A stretch of 64,000 nt of DNA from Podarcis filfolensis (lineage: Eukaryota), in NCBI GenBank assembly GCA_964270895.1, contig OZ185436.1; one strand, given 5' to 3'. Below the pieces are notes generated by a model. That model worked only from the letters and a program-made list of their open reading frames with translations. It was not told where the DNA came from and did no database searches. Shown in pieces: positions 26,201-38,800 of this stretch. A program made the translations under genes and the position numbers. Numbering within the stretch: the first letter of the stretch is position 1; each line of letters begins with the position of its first letter.

Positions 26201-29200
26201 TGGGTGTAGGAGGAACAGGGTTCAAAAGGGTTCTCAGGAGCCTGAAACGCCACCTGGCTCCCTTTCATTGATGGATAACAGACTGAGCATATATGACAAT
26301 GTGCCAGGCAATCATCTAAACAAAATGGATACACCAGAGGTTGGTGATGATGATGTTTTTACAGAGCTAGACAGTGTTATGGAGCATGTCAATGGACTCA
26401 GGAAGTTGGTCAGTCAGTGGACAGAGAAATTCTCTGATGATGGGGACTCCGACTCTGCCAGTCCTTCCAACCAGTCCATCTCTCCTTGCCCATCATCCCC
26501 TAAAGAGATCCGTCTTGAGACTGAAAAGCATTCAGAAGGGAAATTGCCAGAATTGTCAGTTACTGACAGTGAAGGGAACTGCAATGAACGTGGCCTCACA
26601 GAACTGGCATATGTAACAGAATCGAGGATGAGACGGACATTGGCACATTCTATCAGGTCAGCTATATACTGGTTGAAGTGGCAAAGAATTAAAAATGAAA
26701 TTTGGCTGGGGTTGTCATTGTAAGGGGTTAATCAGTTGAGCTTAAAGCAGTGTAGCATAAACTTAAGCTGAAGTAATGATTTAATAGTGAAGATAATCTG
26801 GCTGAATAACTTGAGGTTTTGATTATTGAATGCTGCAGAACTTGGTCTCTAAAGTACAGTGTTCTACCTTTCACAAGGTATTTTGAAATTCATAGTGATT
26901 TTCTGTGGGTGTGCAGCTTTAGAGAGACAATAGTAATACTGAAGAGCACTGAAACAAATGTGGTTTTTTTCTCTCTTTAGACATGTGAGGAGACAATGGT
27001 CTACTGAGGAAGGCACAAATTTGGAAAGTCTTTCTCAGCAAATTGACTGCCAGTCAGCTGCCCACCTAAATCGATTGCAGAAGCTTGCTTTGTTAAAATT
27101 GACTACTTTAATGGACAAATACTCTCCTTCCAGCAAGCAAGGATGGAACTGGTAAGTTAGAATGAAGTGGAAGTGTTTCTGAAGTGAAAGAACTACCTTA
27201 GTCTTGAATTGGAAATTGAGCCTGACCCTATATGCTGATTTTCAGAGCAAATCCCTCCAAAGGAAACTTACAAAAGACAATTAGCTTCATATACATTAGC
27301 AGGAACATGGTGCTTTCAGTTGATTTACAGTACCAGTCCACTTGCAATGCTTCTAGTACAGGACCCCAATGATTTCCCTTTTACTTATCCCATCTGTGAC
27401 CCTTACTGCTATCCACCAACCCGAGCTGTTCTCGAGCTGTATGCCTCCTTCCCCCGCCCACTTCATTTCATGTTCTAGATGGTTCAGTTCCTCAAGTCTG
27501 TGAAACTTCTGCTGTAATTGCAGAAATATTTTAGACTTTTAGCAGCACTTCCTTTCAGGTAATGATTAGACTTGTCTTGACTTTCTGTCTTGTGTAATGG
27601 GCAGTAATTCATCAGGTCATGGAGCTAGTTCTAAACATATATCTTCTGATGGTCTCAGCTGGTCTCAGAACTGTGTGCAGGTATGATGGAGGTGTGCCCA
27701 AATGCTTCTCTGTCTCCTGATAACCTCTGATTGCATTAGCAATCAAAACTCAGTGGCATAAATTTTAGAAAATGTATTCTGGTCCTCAAGGCATCTGTAG
27801 GAAGTTGCCTGTATGTAATTCTCTCATCATAGTGTCCCTGTTTCTCTGGCTAACCAGGTAGAACTCTCTACGGAATCTTCAGTATGTTTATGCTGATGTT
27901 TTTGCTTACAAACAAGTATATTGGGGTTTGCAAAATTTGGGGGAATAAATTGGCTGAGGATTGCAATAGAAGAAGGGCAGCAGGAGATAAAGAGCAGGAA
28001 ACTGGAGGGCGGATAGCTGTGCAGTAAGTAGCTGTACTTCAGCTTAAAGAAACTGGTATTTCATATTTGAACAGTATCTTGTTTGGCATAACAAATACTA
28101 AAGTAAAACTTCTATTGGGATGCCACATGGCTAGCATTGGCAGATGCAGCAGCTCCAATGGTATGTTTCTTTTTCCATTGTTTTGGTAAATACTGCTTTC
28201 CTTTCAAACTAATAAGGGTTAGAATTGTTAATTGTGTCCTCCTGATACTTTTTGTATTCTATAAATGAATTCAGTGTATCTACCCCACCTGCCTGATATG
28301 CATACCCAGCTCAGGGCATAAATCTGCATAAGCAAATGAATTCTGTATTTTCAGGACTGTTCCAAAGTTCATCAGAAAAACAAAAGCACCAGACTATAAG
28401 GACAAAAATGTATTTGGAGTACCGCTGCTGTTAAATGTGCAAAGAACAAGTCATCCTATTCCAAAGAGCATACTCCAAGCCATGGACTACTTAAGAGACA
28501 ATTTTCTTGATCAGGTATCAGTATGAAAGTTTATACTGTATTAAATAGGAAAAAGCCTTTCTGTTACTAATATGAGCAAATGTCTTATAATATTTCCCCT
28601 TGTGGTGGTTCTTCCACCCCTTCAAAACTTAAGCAGTTTTCTTTAAATGGGGTAAAGCTTTATTTTACTCACAAAACACTCATTATCTCCATATACTTGC
28701 AACAATTTCTTATGCTGAATTTATGAAGCTTTGCTCATAATTTTTCATCGCCCTGGCCGGCTCTCAGCCCTCTATTTATTAGAGCCTCTTATTCTGATTT
28801 TGTTTACGTACACACATATGCCAATAACATTTGATGTGTTTGGCTTGGTATAGCTGCAAATTCCTTATTTTGGTGGGGTTGGGGGACCCCTGAGTTTACT
28901 GTTCTAATGGTCTGGAATGCTTATGTGCTGGAAACAAAAACAAAAAAAAGGGATACAAGGCGAGGGGTTGGGGCAGAGTAACACTGGGACTGCTGAGGCA
29001 GACATTTTCATCACTCAGAGCCTGCATTATCAAGCAACAACTTGCTTGTAGGTGACTGCCATCATAGTCCAGACACCATAAACACGACTCTCTTTAGCAC
29101 TTTACATCACCTCCAACCTGCTGAGTGACAATATAGTGTGTACAATACTGCAGATGAAAGGATCTGTACATGTAACAAGGAGAGATTAAAGATGCATTAT

Positions 29201-29860
29201 CAACATTCTTTTTACATTTTCAAACGAAATAATCTCTCCCCCCCCCCCCCCGTTTCTTTTATTGCGCATATATCAAAGTGCCTTTGAACATAGTACAATC
29301 AAAAGTGCCTAGAAAGCTTGTGGATATGTAACCACATTAAGAGTTCCATGCCACAGCCAGAGTCAAAGGACATTATTCTGCAGATTAAATGTTTACTCTT
29401 TTTGTTGTTGTTTTTCATAGGTTGGCCTTTTCAGGAAATCTGGTGTGAAATCCAGGATCCTTTCCTTAAGGGAAATGAATGAAAATGACCCAAACAATGT
29501 AACTTATGAGGGACAGTCAGCATTTGATGTGGCAGACATGGTGAAGCAGTATTTCCGAGACCTTCCGGAACCTATATTCACCAGCAAGCTCTGCGAATCC
29601 TTCCTCCATATCTACCAATGTACGTACCTGCTGTTGTTTTAATTCTGGTTGGCTATTTTAGACATTGATTTTATAAGTGGAATGTAATTTTGCTTTGTTA
29701 GTTTAAGTGTGCCTGATGCTACTTAGTTTGATTATCAATTAATTCAGTTTCTTAAGTCAGAGGTCAAGGGACAAATGATGTAGGAATATATTTTTCTTTC
29801 TTTAAAATAGTCTCTAAGATGAGCCTTCTTCTTCTTCTTCTTCTTCTTCTTCTTCTTCTT

Positions 29861-29891
<31 letters not shown>

Positions 29892-32800
29892 AAATTTGTA
29901 TACCACAATATACATGTAGATCTCAGGGCAATTCACAACATAAAATTGCAATATAAAAACACAGAATACATAATAAAAATACAAACAAAGACAACCCAAT
30001 AATCCCCTCTACTGCAACACATTTAAAGGGCACCAGATGTCAGCTCAAAGCCTGGTTATAGAGGAATGTTGTGTGCCTGATGCCTAAAGATGTGTAATGT
30101 AGGCATCAGCCAAACCTCCCTGGAGAGAGCACTCCACAAGCATGGAGCTGTTCAGAAAAAGCCTGTTTGGTATGTGTGTTTAAGTTTCTTCCCTACTGTA
30201 TTAAAAGTAAATGGAAACTACATTGTACTCAAATAATAAATGTCAACTCTTTTTGTAAGAAGATACCCTAGTTCCTGATCTTGGCTTCCATCTTTTTCCC
30301 CTCTCTAGATCTGCCAAAAGATCAGCAATTTTATGCTGTCCAAGCTGCTGTTCTTCTGCTTCCAGATGAAAACCGAGAAGCTTTGAAAACACTGCTATTC
30401 TTTCTCAGAGATGTAGTGGCTTTTGTGGAGGAAAACCAGATGACTCCAACCAACATTGCTGTTTGTCTAGCACCATCCTTGTTTCACCTTAATACCCTGA
30501 GGAGAGAGAGTTCCTCATCGTCTAGGTATTTTTGCGTGAACAATACTTGCTTGCTGATGAGCAGTGAAGGAAAATACATTGTACAAATGTAAAGGTGCTT
30601 CAAGTCAAGTCACCTTTTTATATGGCATAAGCACAGTATTGCCTTTTTACTTGCTTACGGTGGTCATTTCTTTCAAGTGTAGGTTTCTTTTAGCCAATTT
30701 GTGCTGCTTTAGCTGAGTTCAGGTACAAATCATAGGTCTGTGAGGTTTGGAATGCACCTTATTTCAGATGTTAACAACTGTTAATGGCTGTTAATTGAAT
30801 ATGGCTGTCCTTTTTAATCATGGTGTGATTAAAAAAAGAGTTAGCACTGCCAGAATGGACAGTAGATAGAGAAAATACCCCCTGTACTGTTTGGATATTT
30901 GGTGAGTAGCTGCCTAAGGATAGCTAAAGGATTTTATATCACCTGTTAATATTTAAAAATCATAGCAGTGCTGATTGTTAGGGGACAAAAATAAGTAGAT
31001 CAAGAATGGGAAACCTGTGGTCCTCTAGGTGTTGGTGGAATTCAACTCCCATCAGCCCCAGACAGCCTTGTTAATGGCCAGGAATGATGGGAACTTCAGT
31101 TGCCTCAACATTTGGAGGACCACAGGTTTCCCCCCCCCCAGTAGTTTGAAAGCTTTTTCTCTGAGAAAAAATTCATTTCCTGACAATAGTTAGTGTATGT
31201 TGACCTCCATTTAAACGTTGGTTTCTTGCAGAGGGGTGAGTGTGTGGGGTTTTGCTTATGGCTATTCCAGACATTCTTACTCTGGAGGACCTTTTAGCTT
31301 TATTATACTCATCAAGTTAACCAGCGATAAGCACTATACTGTCCTTCTCTGAATGTATGTACTTTCCTAAGATGCTGTTGTTATTTTACCTCATAAGTAT
31401 AGCAGCGCTTCAGTGTAGCTTCATGCCATACATGGCTCGATAACGCAATAACACAGTGGTCCTGGGCCAATTACTTCCTGGGCCAGTATGCTCCCACCTT
31501 TTAAAAGAGGTAGCACAGGGGTGGGAAGTAGCGACATAACTGGCGGCTCCCACAAGAGATTTGTGACCAGAGTAGTGGGGGAAGCAACCCCATGGTGAAG
31601 TAACAGCACAAAACGGGATATTGGACTGCATCCCACAGGGCTATACTTCCAACGTAACATTTCTGTAGAGGCAACCAGAAAAAGGTGGCAGACATTTTTT
31701 TTTAAAAAATATGGGGGTAGCTTTGGATCAGCCTGAAAAGACCAGGGTGGTTTAGCAGAGACATACATCTCAAAGAGGCTTTCAAGAAGTGAATGAATCT
31801 CAGTTTACTGATCCCCATATATACCTAAAGTGTAACTTTTTCATCTCTGCTACAGTGAGATGTAGATGCTGTCTCTGCATTTGGGGAGCTTGCCAATCCC
31901 CACATGCAGCAATCCCCACAGTCATTTAGAAAGTTGACTGGGAGTCAGGTTTAAAATCGTAGAAAAATAGTACTGTGGGTACAGAAAGTTGCATCAGTAC
32001 CATCACTGTACCAGAGGCCTGTTCATGATGAAATGCATATACAGTCATACCTCGGGTTAAAGTCACTTCGGGTTAAATCTTTTCAGGTTGCGTCCCGCGG
32101 TGACCTGGAAGTAATGGAACGGGTTACATCTGGGTTTTGCTGCTCGCGTATGCGCAGACGCTCAAAATGATGTCACATGCATGCACAGAAGCAGCGAATC
32201 ACGACGCGCAGATGCGGGTTGTGTTCTGCTCAGGATGTGAACAGGGCTCCGGAACAGATCCCGTTCTCATCCAGAGGTACCTCTGTACTAACTAATAGGA
32301 AAAACTGTACTTGAGCAAGAAGCATTCTTTAGATTGTGTGAGTTGAATGTCTGTGGCAGGTTAATGCCATTAAGGCTGCAAATTCTATTTCATGAGTGGG
32401 GGTGGGAAGCTTGAAAAAGTATCTGCATGTTTTAGGATGATAGCTCAATCTTTGAGAGAGGTGAAGAGAGGTAAAGCATGTGAAGAATGTGCTTTTAAGA
32501 AGAGTACGCATCCCAGATGCGTATCAGGCTATAAAACAAGTCCTGTGATGCTCAGCATTCCCCAGAGAGAGAGAGAGGAATCTAGAACTGAGATGATGAC
32601 AGCATTGTCAGTCATAAGAGAGTGAACACATAATCACAGCCAAGAATGTGTCAGAAGAATTGATTGCAAAATAAAATGCTAAATTCTTAATTCCAGGTGA
32701 AGAAACTTATATTTTGGAAGTTTAGAACTTTTAGAGGAGGAGGCCTCTACCATCCGACTTTGCTTTGAGCTCTGTACTACAGCAGGAGCAGCTATCTTAA

Positions 32801-35800
32801 GAAAAGAGGGAGTGCTTGTCTTTTCTCCCTCTCCCCACCCCACCTCATTGTTTTAACAGCAAGGTTGCTTTGAATGGGAAATTTGGATAATAAATTTGCT
32901 AATATTTTACTTTCAGTGTTGGGACTTCAAAAGGACCTAATCTAACAGCTTTGGCTTCAAGGATTAAAGTCAAGCATCTTTATCTAACAACCTCTTTTAA
33001 AAAACCATTCACAAAGAATTTTCCAAGATAAAGCTATTAGAGATGAATGCCAGGCTCTTGGCAATCCTAATCTTGGCATGATGCCACAAATAAGCTTAAA
33101 ATATGAATTAATGCTCTTTGGCAAAGCATTTGGAGCTCTTAAATAATGTGATTGGCTTTCCCTTAGACTTTCTGGGCCAGCCTTTAATTAAACACGTCTA
33201 ATGATAATAGGCAAATCAATGAGAGCTTTGTGTGCGCCTTTGAATGAAATGTACCTGACCAGGATTGGTTAAAGCATACTCACTTAACAGGACTCATTAC
33301 AATTAAAACGTCTATTTTTAAAATATATTTTATTAACATTTCCAACATGAGTAATAAGCACAGAACAGAGAGTAAACTGTAGCTCGTGCATTTCAAAAGA
33401 AATAATCACATCCAGTAACAAGAAAATTTGATATAGTAACAGAGATAATAGTGGTTACAATTGAATAAGAAGTCCAACTGGATACCAAGAGAGTCTGTCC
33501 AAAACAATGTGTGTACATTTGGTGGTGAAGGTTTCTTGCTCATAATTATGACTGGAACTACAAATTTGAACATTGGACAGAACACTCCCTTGGGAAGTAC
33601 TTTATATCCTATGCTGTATTTCTCAATGACCTACTTCTCAATGAGGTAGTATTCCTTGTGTCTGAACTACAAGAAGGGGCTTGTGAGATTAACAGTCTTC
33701 CTGTCTCTTGTGATGTTTGGGAAAATTAGTGTTGTGCAACAAATGTCAAAAATATGGCAGGCAAGTGCACAGGACACTAACCTGCTCCATACATAATGCT
33801 AAGGTACGGTTTGTGTTTTTACCAAACTGTGTGTAAAAATCGCTTAGTGTTATGTGGTAGAACAACCTGCGGTTAACATTCACCATAGTTTATAAACCAT
33901 AGTTGAAGCTGAAATGTCTGACAGATAATCCCTTAATCCATGGTTCATTATGTCACAGAATAATTAAAAGCACCAAAAAAAGCAACTGAGCCATTTGAGT
34001 TACAGTGGTACCTCGAGTTAAGAACTTAATTCGTTCTGGAGGTCCGTTCTTAACCTGAAACTGTTCTTAACCTGAGGTACCACTTTAGCTAATGGGGCCT
34101 CCCGCTGCCACTGCTGCACTATTTCTGTTCTCATCCTGAAGCAAAGTTCTTAACCCAAGGTACTATTTCTGGGTTAGCAGAGTCTGTAACCTGAAGCGTC
34201 TGTAACCTGAGGTACCACTGTATTTGAATTTTTGGCCATTCTTCACTTGTGGCTGTGCAGCTCATTGGGCAGTGACAGCTCCATGACCATAGTTGAGGGA
34301 GTTCAGGTTAACCTTTGGTTAACATTAAAAATGCACCACAAACCTTAGATATTGAGAGACCGCTTACAATACTTAATAAACCATAGTAAGCTATGAGGCT
34401 TGGTTCACATACAGCGCCAAGCCATGGTTTAATAAAACTTTTTTTTTCCTTGGAAGAAATTCAGTGTTGTGCTTTGGCAATAATTTCATTAGCACAAGCT
34501 GTTCAGCTTGCTGGATAGGATGATCCTCCCTCCCTTCTTCCTGCACACTTTTCTGGGGGGTATTTTAAGGACCCACCCCGAGCCAGTCTTGCGAGGGCCC
34601 TGGAGGAGGAGAGGGGGAACCTTTGTGTGGGCTTCTGATAGCAGGACTATTTAGTTGAACTCTGTCCTCTGAAGTATGTTTTGTTTTCCATTGCTCTTGC
34701 CTCCATTCATTTGTAGTTTGGTGAGCTTTGGTGTGAAGTTGTTAAACTATGGCTAAGAAAGTATACTGGGTTCATATATGACACCAAGCCATACTTAAAA
34801 CAAACCAAAGTTTGTAAGCCAACAGCAAACCATGGCTTCAGTTCATGGTTTATTGGACTGCATATAAGCTGCTGGGCAGGGTTAAACATACTAAAGTTGT
34901 TTAATAAACCATGGTTTAGCATTATGTGCAAACTATCTTTTGAGATGCAGCCTTCAGGGGTCCTGCCCAACCTATTATCTGTTAATTTTTTAGATTGTTG
35001 GTGGAGATTATCTTATACTAGAGGGCTGTCACTGTTTAGATTGACAACAAAGCATGCCACAGAACCAGGAGCAGTTATTTTACATTTCTATCCCTCCCTT
35101 TCACCTGCAGTCTGAAGTGATAGTGTCCTTACCAGCTACATTGTGTGATTTGAATAAGCAGCCCTTTGTATTCTTCTCCTTAGGTCAAGCCAGAGGAAGC
35201 ACAGTACAGGAAAACCTGACCAGAGAGACCTGAGTGAGAACCTGGCTGCAACTCAAGGCCTGGCCCATATGATAATGGAGTGCAACAGACTCTTTCAGGT
35301 AAGTTGCTTTCTTCAGGAAGAATCGCTGCTTAACTTCTTTGGCATCCTCCATCCCTCATGCTGCTTAGAAACTTGTGTAGTGGATACTTTGTTGGTTTGA
35401 AATCAGAACAGCAGCCCTTTTCATTGTTGGCAATAATGAAAAGCAGATGTTGGACCAACTCTTAATTGGTATTCATTAGTATACCTCTCTAAACAAGCAA
35501 AATTTACTTTCTCTTAGTTCCTTGATAGCAAAGGAAAGTTTGCATTTTTATTTTGAGCTAGCTTGCTGGTGACAGCAAGTGCCTGGCTATTTTGATTCTT
35601 TGATTTGCTACTTTCTGCCACCCTTGGTTTCTTCTTGGCTTATGCTAAATATGGGCTTAGAAATGCCTTATGGTGTGGATGTGACTCAGCCTGTCCTTTT
35701 TTGAGGGGCAGCACCCATGTTAAGCATGAAACCAACAGAATACCACTTTCTACGTTGATCTAAAAAGTTGTTAATGATGAGGGAGAAGTGTGAGTTTTCC

Positions 35801-38800
35801 AGTCTCTTGTTTGAGCACAGCATGACCTTGGTTATGCCCATTTAGTCCTGACTTGTAGGCCCACTGGAATCTCTTCTTCCTGCATTACGTTGTTTGCATC
35901 TTGTGTGTGGGAGTTTGACCTGCTTAGCGTGAGGCCAGAGCTGGGAAGGGTGAAGAATGTGTGGCATTTGGGCCTTCTGACCACTCCTCTTGGCAGCACT
36001 TGAGCAGATATGAACTAGTGCCAAGATGCCCTTCCACTCTGGCATTGAAATTACTTGTTGGAAAGGCCTGGTGAACAGGGCTTTCGTGCATGAGGCGGGA
36101 GAGTGGCTTTTAATCAATTGAGATGTTCCAGTCATTCTTGCTTCCTCCCTTGTCTTTGACCTTGTTTTGTGGCATGAAGTGTGTGGGAAAGGGATAAAAA
36201 AAAACAGAAAAGCAAGAAGGGGAGGGTGAGGAGGAAACTGCAGAGAAAAGAGGATGGGAGGGAGAGGCCACTGACTATTTGTGCAGCCTGCTGGGCCAAA
36301 ATTAGACTCAATAGTTCAGGCTAAACGTTAGTGTGAACTTTTTCTGCTTTGGCACAGGGAGCTGGCAGTGACTTTGTTAAGAGCTAGGAGCAAAGCCCCA
36401 AAGAGTGCAAAGGTTGATATACTATTTGTTCAGCCTCACTTTTTGGAGAATGGCAGCTTAGGTTCCTTCAAATAAGTGTTTTATATGTATCTATGTGGTT
36501 CCCACAAACTGAGTACTCAAAAATCCTTTCCTCCCTTTTTGTCTTAAGTTATGTGTTTGATTCATACATAACTGTAGAAGCGCTATATTGTAGCATTCAG
36601 CATCAAAAAACCACATTCCCACTCTGCTTGCGCCTTGATGGGTGACTGTGTGACAATTGTGTGTATACTGTTCTTGAGCTCCTTTACAGGAAGCCTGGGA
36701 TAAAAGTGTAATAAATACAGTGGAATATATTGGGATATCCATTTCTTATGACCTATGCTTCCTAGCAACTAATTTCTAGTATTCTTCTGCAGATTCCTGA
36801 CTACTGTTTGGATCACAGTTATGAAAATTTACATGATCAAACTATCTCCAGTGAAGTAGATCCACACCAAACCTCCTTAGCAAAGCACTGTAACACAGTG
36901 GTCTCCCTGGAGCGCTCCATGCAGGACTTGCTCCGAGATGCCAAGGAAAAATTCAAGAACTGGGTTACTTGCTCCACCTTAGAAGGAGTGGATTCTGCAT
37001 ATAAAAAGGTAATTTTGGCATGAGAATGTTAATGAGGCTCAGAGTAAATGAGTTTTAAAATGACATTAATACATGTGTATTCTGTGAAAATAACCAGTTA
37101 AGAGTATCTTGTCCCATTTGCAAATAACCTCCCCCTGAGAAATAGGTCACACATTAATTAGAAAAGGTATGGCATGGAGCACAAACGTACTGAAATGCCA
37201 CCATAGTACTGTTTCCCAAACTGGGGAAAAAAATTTTTTTTTTGAATATGTGGATAGTCACTTTAGATGCTGTGATATGACATCCATAGCTAGCAGGACC
37301 AGAGGTCAGAGGTGATGGGAGTTGTAGTCCCCAAACAGCTGCAGACCCAAGTTTGGGAAACCATGTCTTAATGGATTGAGGGACCATGTTGACTCCAATT
37401 CCAGGGGTTCTACAGCCATTGGATCCCAGGTTGCTTTTGGCAGACTCAAATCATTTCCTCATGGATTAACTGTCTTCTAAGGTGGATGATAACTACTTGG
37501 TCCGGGTATGGAAAGCTTCAGCTGAAATTGATGCTGCCCCTAAAGTGGTTCTATATCGGATACTGATGGAACAGCACCTATGGAACCCAAACCTTCAACA
37601 AACAAGAGTCCTAGAAATCTTAGATGATGAAACAGACATTTACCACTATGCAACGGAGAGCATGTCTCCACTTCCTCCACGAGAATATGTGGTTCTAAGG
37701 TAAGGAATCTACAATATTCCTGTCTCTGCCATCTGCTGTAATTATGAGATGAGCTGCAGCAGAGGTAATGACTTGACTTAACCTTAGTTGAATATTATTT
37801 TTATACATACAGCTGAATACCTTGATCATGTGCAGAGCCTGGAAGTTGATGTAAATGAGCTGTTACAGTTGATAGCATGGTTGATAAGCATAATGGCATA
37901 TTGATGATAGCCAATGAGATTATTGATTTGACCTTTTGTTTCCAGGACTTGGCGGACTGATCCTCAAAGCAGCACATGCATATTAGCAGCTACCTCAATA
38001 GACTGTGAAGGTGTTACCATGACGGGGATCTTGGGTCAGGTCCTACTTTGTCAGTATCTTATAGAAGTAGTTGGCACTCAGAAATCCAAAGTCACACATG
38101 TCTGTCGAACAGATACCAGGTATCTATATTTATTTTATTTAGAGTGGCTTGACATAATAGATTAGATTCCAAGTGCAATAAAGGTCAAGGGCTTGCTAGA
38201 GGAATAAGATTCACGTATGAAAAACTGGCATTTGGTTTGTGAATTGGCTGGCCGCTTGTTATACGTCACTGCACAAATTGTTTTGCTCACTGCTACAGCT
38301 GTTTTTTCAGATGTACAGAAATGTGATAGAAGCTTTGATTGCAGTCTTTTTAGTTAATAATGATTAAGTTCTTCTTTAATGGCCACATGTGCTTCAGGGG
38401 TGTGTTGTAAACATGCAGTCAATACAGTGGTACCTCTGGATGCAAACAGGATCCGTTCCAGAGCCCCGTTTGCATCCTGAGTAGAGCGTAACCCGCGACT
38501 GCGTGTGATGTCATTTTGAGCGCATGCGCAAGCGGCGAAACCCGGAAGTAATGTGCCCCGTTACTTCCAGGTCCCCGCAGAGCGCAACCCTTAAATACTT
38601 ACCTCGGGTTGAAATAGCTTCAGGTTATGACTAGTTTTATAGCACTGGTGGTGGAAGAGGAATGCCTAAAATGAAGGGTGGATTTAAGTGTTGCACTAAT
38701 AGCATTTCTGCTTGCCAGATGGAACAATCTGTACTCTCCTCCTCCCCCTGTGCACTGTTCTGTGGGTTCCCCAGAGAGATTTTGGGGGAGACATGGGGTG

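Noticed and set aside
26657-26723. Continuation of the 385-aa ORF (SAIYWLKWQRIKNEIWLGLSL*)
   Set aside because: Read-through past the exon 5 donor (AG|gtcagc) into the intron. Family homology resumes in exon 6.
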